A program made the translations under genes and the position numbers. 64,000 nt of DNA from Octopus bimaculoides (taxonomy: Eukaryota), in NCBI RefSeq assembly GCF_001194135.2, contig NC_068982.1, positions 36,089,566-36,153,565 on the forward strand, read 5' to 3'. The number at the start of each line of letters is the position of its first letter. The first letter of the stretch is position 1. Shown in pieces: positions 1 to 10,300 of the stretch. The notes below the pieces were generated by a model that worked only from the letters and a program-made list of their open reading frames with translations, did not search any database and was not told where the DNA came from.

Positions 1-505
1 CAAGCAATACATATAACACCAAAGTTAAAAACATTCCCAACAATTCCACAATCCCCAACCTCCAGAGCTATTGAAGAAACTGTTATCATCAACTGACCAA
101 AATTCCTAACATTTGCAAAACAAAATTAGACAATACGACGCTGTACTACAGATGACATCATTTGGAACCACAAGAGATTTAACTGAGGCAGCATTCATCC
201 AAACTTTCAAGATCCAACCTCAGATTTATCATTGCATTGTCTCTCTACTACCTCTGTCAAATGAATCACCAAAATTGGCCTTTCATTATTTATAATCTGT
301 ACCTGTTTGTTTGGTTACGAAATAAAATACACAAAACGTGTTTCTGAATTATGTGTATTTACTTTATATATGGCATGGATTGGAAACTTATTAAGGTAGA
401 AATATGGTATCGTAGCTACTAACAGTTGAGGGTTGCGTAGTCTAGACAGCGTTTTTAGATTTCATTATTCTCTTTAACCCGGGCAAAGCCGGGTATTTCT
501 GCTAG
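1..505 (+). mobile_element. Helitron 3' portion with degenerate Rep/helicase N-terminal fragment
   Basis: Translation PQPPELLKKLL..*..KIRQYDAVLQMTSFG..FIQTFKIQPQIYHCIVSLLP resembles the Helitron motif IRxYNSAFQMTSFG..PTFKIQGQxYHRIGSLLP. The 3' end has hairpin ACCCGG-GCAAAG-CCGGGT (477-494), then CTAG (502-505) followed by T. Confidence 0.8.
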
Positions 506-845
506 TATTTTATAAAAATACAAGCCTTCTTTTTGTTAGGGAGAGTGTGATAGTCCATTATCTTCTCATGTTACTGGAATGTATTCTATTATTTCTAAAG
601 CTGAAAAGCAAAGTTAACATTGATTATACTTTATCTGCAGACCATAAGATAGTAAAATAGTAAACTAGGAATTAACTTCCTGGTTCCCATATCTGTTCAT
701 AACCTTCATTGTTCTTTACCATATAATAATGTAATATAAACAGTGATTTCACTAGTGAAAGTGAACCTTAAAATTTATTCTTATATCATTCACCTGATTG
801 TCTTAGAAAGCAGGATGACTGACATAATTTCTTCATTTCTTATAG

Positions 846-3800
846 GTTGTGGTAGAAGATGATGTTTCACAGAAGAAAGATAAAGAAAGTAAAAAAGATG
901 CAAAGACTTCAAAGAAAAGAAATAAAGAAAGGCAAGCTTCAATGGTGCCTCGTGCCATACGGACTAAAAATCATCAAATTAAAAACTCTGGCTCTACTGT
1001 ATCAGCCACACCTAAGAAAATTCTTCCAAATGTCACTGTTCTTAATCAGAAAAATTGCTCTTTAGTGGCTGATTATGGTTCTGATTCTGATAATGGTGAA
1101 AATAAAGAACAAAAAAAGAAAACCAAAGTGCCACCAGTAAAAGAAAAAGAAGAAAACAAGAGGAAAAGATTAAATTCTTCTGAAAAAAATATAAAGGAAA
1201 GTGGGATTTTACCTGTGAATACTGCAAGAGAGAAAGTTCAGGTAAAATGGATTCAAAGTTTCCAAGAAAAGAAGTTACTTCATTTGCCTTTAGAGGCAAA
1301 ACAAGAAAAACCCCAAAAGAAAAAGAAAAAACGATCTGTAAAATCCAAGTCAGAAGGTTTAACAGAACCAGTAAAACTTTTAGAAGATAGTCCTAATCAG
1401 AAAAAAATAGGCAAAAAGAAAACATTTAAGATAAAATCCAAAACTTTAAAGAAATCTCACAAGTTACCTGAAACAGGTGATTCTAATACTACCACCTCAC
1501 AGATAGATTCTGATTCTACAAAGAAAAAGAAAATTGTAAAAAAGAAAAGGAAAACAGTTTCAGTACCTGTCAATAAAAATAATTCTTGTGTTTTGGATGG
1601 AATAGAGGACCATTCTTCATTAGTTGATTCTCAGTTACAAGCAACAAATTCATACCCAGGTGATGTGTCAGAAAGTCTGAAAAAACCTTTACTAATTTCT
1701 CATGATGTATTTGGCTTTAAAGGTAAGTATTTGTTTTGTGTAAACTTTTTGAGATGACTATAGTCGATGTTTAATGTGCAAAGAAGATAGACATTAAGGT
1801 TTATAAATTGCTAGGCAATTGTAAATATTTTGTTGAGAAATTCTACTTCTAACTTGAAATACCATGGTACTTGTTTATAATTCCATATGATTGCCTTGCT
1901 GTATTTAAGAAGATTTGTTCATCATAGCAGAATTGATACCGGTGCTGGGGCCATGTTAAATAGCACTGGTGCTAGTGTCACATAAAAAAACACTCATAAT
2001 ACTCTGTAAAGTGGTTGGTGTTAGGAAGGGCATCCAGCCATAGAAACCATGCCAAAACAAACTATGAAACTTGGTGTGGCTGCCGTCCTTACCAGCTCCT
2101 GTCAAACCATCCAACCCATGCCAGCATGGGAAACAGACGTTAAATGATGATAGTGAAGTGGTGTTTGTACATTTCATACAGATCTAACATTTCTGAGTTC
2201 AAATTCTTGATGGGTTGATCTTGTCTTTTAGGCTTTGGGTTGGGGAGAAACCAATAAAACACCAGTGACATACAGCAGCTATGAGATTAAAGGATTCAGA
2301 TTTTTCTACCTATCATTGTATTGTGCTCTTAAGCAAGACATCTAACTATGCCTGCTCTATTTCCTCACTCCTACTTAAATGAAGTATACTCTGTAAAGTG
2401 GTTGGTGTTAGGAAGGGCATCCAGCCATAGAAACCATGCCAAAACAAACTATGAAACCGGGTGTGGCTGCCGCCCTTACCAGCTTCTGTCAAACCATCCA
2501 ACATCAGTCCCACTGCATAGCACTTTGGGCTTCCAGCTGTAGAAAATCTACCTCAACAATTTGTCTGATCTATGCAAGCATGGAAAAGTGGATGATAAAT
2601 GATGTCTTCTTGGATTATTTTATTGTTTGATCCAATAATTAATGCTATTCCTGGTGCCACCACTTCTTGGTTGTAGAAAGACAACTATTATGCTCAATGA
2701 TGATCTGTTTTATTGGCTCCTTTATTGAATCTGGAACATTAATCCTTAATTCATCTAGTAGTACATCAATTTACAGTTTAAAAAATTTTTATTTCCAAAG
2801 GGAAAAACCATCATAATAGTAGACATACTTATAAACACAAGAAAGAAGTATTGCTATATTCAGTATCAATTATAGGATAGTAATAGACACTAGGGGAGGT
2901 GCATGGCTTAGTTGTTAGGGTGTTGAACTAATGATTGTGAGATTGTGGTTTCAATTCCTGGACTACACAATGCGTTGTGTTTTTGAGCAAAACACTTCAT
3001 TTCACATTGCTCCAGTCCACTCAACTGGTAAAAATGAATTATATTTGATAGACTGGTGACCCACCCACAGAGGAATATATACACCAGAAAAATTGGGAAA
3101 CTGGCTCTGTGTTCCTTACAGAATAATGTGGACAAACCATTAGACACCAGATGTTCAAAACTATAAAACTTGTCTGCTCTCTCCCACTCTAACCCTTTTC
3201 TATCAATTATTAATTTAATTTCTAAGATATGGTAATGTAGAAATAAGATGGTGATTAATGGTTATGAAATTCTCTTATAATAAAAGAGTTGCTGTGAAAA
3301 AACACACTATAAATGTAGATTAAAAAGGAATTTAGTACAATCTGCATAATAAAACAATGATACTAATTCTCACATTTCTTCTCATGTGTATATTTTGTAT
3401 ATGAGCACATTTCTGTTTAATAAAAAAACAAAGCAAAAACATAATTTTCAGGTGAATTCTAGTACTTAGGGTTAATATAAATCATTGTTAGATATTTGTT
3501 TAAGAAGTTAATTCTTTTATAGCATAATATATCATCATCTAGCTGCATGAAAAAGTGCTACACCCTAACAGTTGAGGGAACCCGTGGAAGAGGTAGGCCC
3601 AGGAAGACCTGGGCTGAGGTGGTGAGGCAAGACCTTCGTACATTGGGCCTCACCGAGGCGATGACTACTGACCGAGACCTTTGGAAATGTGCTGTGCGTG
3701 AGAAGACCCGGCAAGCCAAGTAAGATCGTTGCCAGTGCCCCTGGACTGGCTCTTGTGCGGGTGGCACATGAGATGCACCATTTTGAGCGTGGCCGTTGCC

Positions 3801-6800
3801 AGTACCGCCTGACTGGCTCCCGTAGGATTTTCGAGTGAGATCGTTGCCAGTGCCCCTGGACTGGCCTGTGCGGGTGGCACATAAAAGACACTATTTCGAG
3901 CGTGGCCGTTTTCGTGCGGGTGACACGTAAAAGCACCCACTACACTCTCTGAGTGGTTGGCGTTAGGAAGGGCATCCAGCTGTAGAAACTCTGCCAAATT
4001 AGATTGGAGCCTGGTGTTGCCATCCGGTTTCACCAGTCCTCAGTCGAATCGTCCAACCCATGCTAGCATGGAAAGCGGACGTTAAACAATGATGATGATG
4101 ATGATGATGATTATTGTTTAATATCCACTTTTCCATGCTGGCATGGGTTGGACAGAATTTGTTGAGGCAGGTATTCAACTACCGAATGCCCTTTCATCAG
4201 TCCTCTCCTGTTTCCAAGTAAGGTAATATTCCCCATGACCAGACATGTTTACATGGAAGATTGGAAATGCAGGACACTGCTTGCATGGCAGTGATATTTG
4301 TTTACAACAATCACATGAAGTCAAGGCAAGGAGCTAGTAACCCACACACTCACACACATATATATATACATGATTGGCTTCTTTCAGTTTCCATCTACGA
4401 AACCCACTCCCAAAGCTTTAGTTAGTCTAGGGCTGTAGTAGAAAACATGCCAAAGGTGCCATGCGGTGGGATTCAACCCAAGACTTTGTGGTTGGAAAAC
4501 AAACTTCAGTACTTCTTTGGAATTCCACCCACCCTATAACTTTTGAGTCAGTAATTTTTTTTAAAAGCTTTTTTCTTATGTTTTCAATATCGGAGATTAC
4601 AATTTAGCAAAAAAAAAAGAATTTTTTTTTATTTCAGTTATCCCCCCTCCATAATTTATTTGCTAAGACATGCTGTCACACACAAAATGGCAACTTCCAA
4701 ATCCTGTTTCCTGATTGAGTGAAAATTATCAAACTTTAAACCTCTATAACTTTTTGACAACATTTTTCTGGAAAAAGTGAAGCAACTGCATGTATGTCAC
4801 GGAGGAAATTCTTCCAATAACAAATAGTCTCACTATTCCATCCTAGCTTCCATTGACATTTTCTTTCAGATGCTTCTTTATATGCCCAGAAGTAAATGAA
4901 TATTAAAATTTCTCTTAAGTCCAGATTACTATTGGCAAAAAATTTGTCACATCTCAAACCTTTCTCCTTTTTACACGGCCTTCCACATCGCCATCTCAAT
5001 CTTTCTTTTGTTTTACCACCCTTTGTCAATTCCATATTTCGGTTACATGTGCAACAAACTCTCACATGATGTAACAATATCTTGACAAAACATAATTGTC
5101 AATTCAATTGTTGCTGTTTAGTCAAGCAATTGGCAGATATTATAGCTGCTGATATCAATAAAGTTCATAATTAAATAATGAAGTTAAATTGTGGTTATAT
5201 ACTGTTTTAATCAACTTCACTGTATGTTCGACACTAACTTCTAATGGTTCTATAATGGATCTAGTTGGTTTGGCTACCAGCATTTCAATTAAAGTTTATG
5301 GAAAATTTTAAAATTTGGTACAATAAAGTACATTTCCAAGCTAAATTGCTGGAGTTGTTTCACTTTTTCCAGAAAAATGTTTTTAAAAAATTACACAGAC
5401 ATAAAGTTTGATCACTTTCACCCAATCAAGAAACAGGATTTGGAAGCTGTCATTTTATGCATGACAGCATGTCTTGTCAACTGTAAACAAAGTAAATAAA
5501 TTGGGTGGGGGGATAATTGAAATAAATTTTTTTTTTGTTGCTAAATTGTAATCTCTGATATTGAAAACATGAATCTGAAAAATGTTTTTAAAAAAAATTA
5601 CTGGTTCAAAAGTTATTGGGTTGAGGGGAATTCTGAAAAAGTACCCAAACTTCTTACCACAGCTATGCCTGCACCTATAGAAATATTCACTTGATTTTCT
5701 TTTTTTGATGTAACCATAATTATAATTGAATTCATTGATTGTTATTTATTGTTTCAGATTTAACACAACCTATGGAAGTAGATACTTGCCAAGAAGATGA
5801 AGCAATGGTTGTAGATGTCAGTTTTCATTTATGAATTTTTACTTTTTACATTGCAAACTATTTTAGTTAATTGTCTAATTATGCCAAGGAGGATCATTTC
5901 CCAGACTTTTACATCATTTTCATTATTGTAAAACTCTCTTCTCAATACTGCTGTCTCTACAACAACATCTTAGTTTAAGTTACCTCTGGAATTTTACACA
6001 TCACCATCATCATAACATCCACTTACATGGGTTGGGCAGAATTCATTGTAGTAGATATTCTATGGTCAGACACCCTTCCTGTCACCAACTTTCCCCTTTT
6101 TCCACACAAGGTAATAATCACGTAACCTGCCATAGTTACATGATCAGTTGGAAACAAACAACACTGTTAAATGAGCCTTTTGTTTACAAAGATTGGAAAA
6201 CATGTCAGGACGTGTTGATAAGCCTTTACATGTTTTCTCTGATTGACTGAAAGCAACGGACACCGCTTGCATTGTTATTTGTTGTTAGCAAACACACGTA
6301 AAGATATGGGGAAATACAAACTCGCTCAAACAGATGCTCGAGTGTGTGCACACACGTGCACGCAGACACATACACACACACACACAATGTATCTTCTTCA
6401 CCATCTTCTCTTTCCTCTCTTCTTTTTCAACAGGGGTAACTATATATCCCCTCTACAGCAAAACACCTATTTCTATCCCTCTATCATACTCTAACCTGTC
6501 ATCACTTGGCAGAAAGCCACACCCCTTAGTGCTGTTCACTCCTCAGTTGAGGATGTCCTGTCTTGTGTATCACTTAGTAACCTTACTAGTACTGGTGTTA
6601 CATAAAAAGCACCCAGTACACTCTGTAAAGTGGTTGGCATCAGGAAGGGCATCCAGCTGTAGAAACTAGGCCAAAAGCTGACAGTAGATCTTAGTGTGGC
6701 CCTCTGGTTCACCAGCTCCTGTCAAACTGTCCAACCCATGTCGGCATGGAAGAATGGAAGGCAAATGTTAAATGATGTTTGTGTATATATGTATGTATGT

Positions 6801-6837
6801 GTGTGTGTATATATATTTATATATATGTGTATATATG

Positions 6838-6892
<55 letters not shown>

Positions 6893-7363
6893 CATGCAGC
6901 TTAGTGGTTATGGTATTTGGCTAATGGTTGTAAGTTTGATATTCCAGTCCACTCAGCTGACAAAAATGAGTTGTACCTGTATTTCAAAGGGCTAACCTTG
7001 TCACATTGTATCACGCTGAATATCCCTCAAAACTACATTAATGCATGTCTATGGAGTTCTCAGCTACTTGCACATTATTTCCATGAGCAGGTTGGTCCAT
7101 ACATTGGATCAACTGGAACACTCATCGGAACTGATGGATTGCCAATTATATATGTGTGTGTGTGTGTGTGTTTGTACTGGTGCCATGTTAAAAGCTACCA
7201 GTCCACTGTGTAAAGTGGTTGGCATTAGGAAGGGCCATCTAACTGTACTAACAATGTCAAAGCAGGCAGTGGAGCTGGGTGCAGTCCTCTAGTTTACCAG
7301 CTCCTGTCAAGCAATCTAACCCATGCCAGCATGGAAGGCAGACGTTAAATGATGATGGTGATA

Positions 7364-7395
<32 letters not shown>

Positions 7396-10300
7396 TCCTG
7401 CCTTGGTTTTTGTTGTCCTTTTCCTCTAATATATAATATATTAGAGGAAAAGGACAAGCAGAAGACTGTGCCTAGCTCTGCTTTGGCATGATTAATACAG
7501 CTTGATGCCCTTTTTAATGTCATTCACTTTACTGAGTGTACTGGGTGTTTTTTATGTGGCACTAGCAGCAGTGAGATCACCAAGTAACATACAAAACAAG
7601 ACCCCCTGAACTGAGCAGGGAGTAGTATTGAGGGAGGTGACTTTGTGGCAGATAATGAACAGAGGGAGAGAAATAGATGTCTTGCAGTAAAGGAGATACA
7701 TAGCTACCTCAGTTGAAGAAAGACAGTGGTGGGGGAAGAAGATTTTACAACCTGATGCTCTTCCTGTTGTTAACAAGTCTCTGTTTTTCGAGTATGTCTT
7801 ATTTCATGCAGCTTTGATGGTATGAAGCAAGTGGATGATTTATTGACAAGGAAACTGATATCAACAACACTGTCTATGAATTATAACTTCTGAAGACATG
7901 GATGATATGTAAACACACAAACACACACACAGAGAGTCTTCTTTCAATATTTGTTTACGAAGTTCACTCATAAAGCTTTGGTCAGCTCAAGATTATAGTA
8001 GAAGACATGTGCTCAAAGTGCCATGTAGTGGGAATCGAACTTCTTAATTGTGCAGTTTTTATTACAATTTGTTTTGGTCGATTATACAGAATATAAAAAA
8101 ATTATGATTTAAATTTGTGCATGGACTTTTTACATTATTTTTTTCAGATTTAATCATTTATTATTGTCATTTCCCCTATTTCAGATTGAAGAAGTCCGTA
8201 AAATTTTGATTTGTCAGCCTTCAAATGAAGTAAGTATATTTTGAAAAATGTCTTAGCAATAAAATCAATTTCTTTTATATTGCATTTACTTAGCAAATTC
8301 GTCGGTATTCAAAATTGTCTTTTTGTATTTCATTTTCCTTTCTCTTAACATTTTCCAACAGGTAATGGGAGATTTGACAGGGAGCATTTCTGAAGATTAT
8401 GCAGCAGTCACCAATTCATCCCCTAAACAGGTTTATAATTTTTTTTTTATATTATTCTTCACTGATGACCTCTAGAATGGTTATTAGTTTTCAATGAGCT
8501 TAGTTCAAAACCATTTGAAACAATTAATTGTAACTGTTTGATTTCAGTTATGTTGCTAGTCACTATACCAATGTCTATTTTCCCTCCAAATTAAAATGTT
8601 TTGAATCTCTCAAATCATACCAGTTTTGCTATTCAACTAAATATGCAGTTCAATCATAATTGTTCTACACAAAAGCAAATACCTTTATAGAAAGAAAATA
8701 CAATGCAAATGTTCAGATATGATCACATGTTCATTCCATCTTGATTTTATATATTACTTGTATTAATCGTTGTTGTCGTCGTCATCATCGTTTAATGTCC
8801 GCTTTCCATGCTGGCATGGGTTGGACAATTTGACATGGAGCTGGCTAGCAGGGAGCTGTCCAGACTCCAGCTGTCTGTTGGGGCATGGTTTCTACAGCCA
8901 GATGTTCTTCCTAATGTCAACCACTTAACAGAGTGTTCTGAGTGCTTTTTACTTGCAACCAGCACCTGTGCATTTATACAGCACTGACACAGGTGCATTA
9001 ACGCAGTACTGGCATGGGTGCTTCTTAAGTGGCACCAGCACCTGAAGGGACAAGCCTGTATGTGTGGAAGACATTGATTTTACTTAGCTTGATGCATCTA
9101 ATCAAGTATAGCAAATTGCCACATCCCCCAGTCCCTTGTCATTTCTTTAATGAGGCCCAGTGTCCAAAGGTCCTTTCTCACCACTTTGTCTCATGTCTTC
9201 ATGGGTCTACCCCTTCCACAGTTATCCTCCACAATTAGAGCTCAGCACTTCTTTATGCAGCTCTCCTCATCCATACACATCACACATCACATGACCAAAC
9301 CAGCACCGTCTTCTCTCTTGCACATAACATCTGATGCCTCTTATACTCAGTTTTCCTCTTAAACTCTGTTGTGCATGCTAACTTCATTTCTTTCAGACCT
9401 TTGCAAGTTCTCTGTAGTCAAAGCCCATGTTTCGCTGCCATGTAACATAGCTGTATGTACACAGGCATCATACAATCTGCCTGTCACTCTGAGGGAGAGG
9501 CTCTTGGTTACCAACAAAGGTAGAGGCTCTCTGAACTTTGCCCAGCCCATTCTTATCCCAGCAACTACACTTTCAAGACTTTCTCCACTACTGCTAACTT
9601 GTGGTTTGTCTGTTTTCCAGCTTACTAGGGCTTCAGTTTTTGCTAAATTAACTCTAAGGCTCTTTGATTCCAGGCCTTGTTTCCACATCTGAAATTTCTT
9701 CTCTAGGTCAATTAGTGATTCAGCTATAAGAACAAGGTCATCAGCATAGAAGAGCTCCCAGGAACAGCTGGTCTTGAATTCCTCTGTTAAGGCCTGGAAG
9801 ACTAAGATACACAGGAAGGGTCTGGAAACTGAGCCTTAGTGAACTCCTACTTGTACGTTGAATTCACTGCTATACTTACCAGCCTTCACCTTACTGGCAG
9901 CATCCCTGTACATGGTTTGTACTGCTCTCACTAACCACTCATTTATCCCTAGCTCCTGCATTGACCACCAGATAAGGGAGTGAGGGACCTTGTCAAAGGC
10001 TTTCTCCATGTCAACAAAAGCCAGGTACAGAAGTTTATTTTTGGTTAAATACTTCTACAGTTGCTTGACCAAAAATATAGCATCAGTTGTGCTCCTTCCT
10101 GGTACAATTCCAAACTGCATCTCATCTACACTAACTCTCTTCCTAATTAATTGAGCTATTATAGGGCAGGATTCGTGACAGACGAATTGTAGACAAGAAC
10201 TTCACTGCGGACTAGCTAGGAAGTTGGTCAGCAGCGAAAGGGACTTCCAGTAGGTGAAGAAAAACAAAAGAATGTCAACAGTGAGTGTTAAACGAATCTG

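Noticed and set aside
3558-4033. Three overlapping minus-strand ORFs (MQPDG.., MPPAQ.., MLLRV..), also at 23657-23872
   Set aside because: Antisense frames of the GC-richer RTE 3' end that recur with the repeat; not genes.
6243-7523. Cluster of ORFs rich in THTH, YIYI and VCVC
   Set aside because: Translations of (CA)n/(TA)n microsatellites and repeat tails. The same applies to 26900-27508 and 53267-53632.
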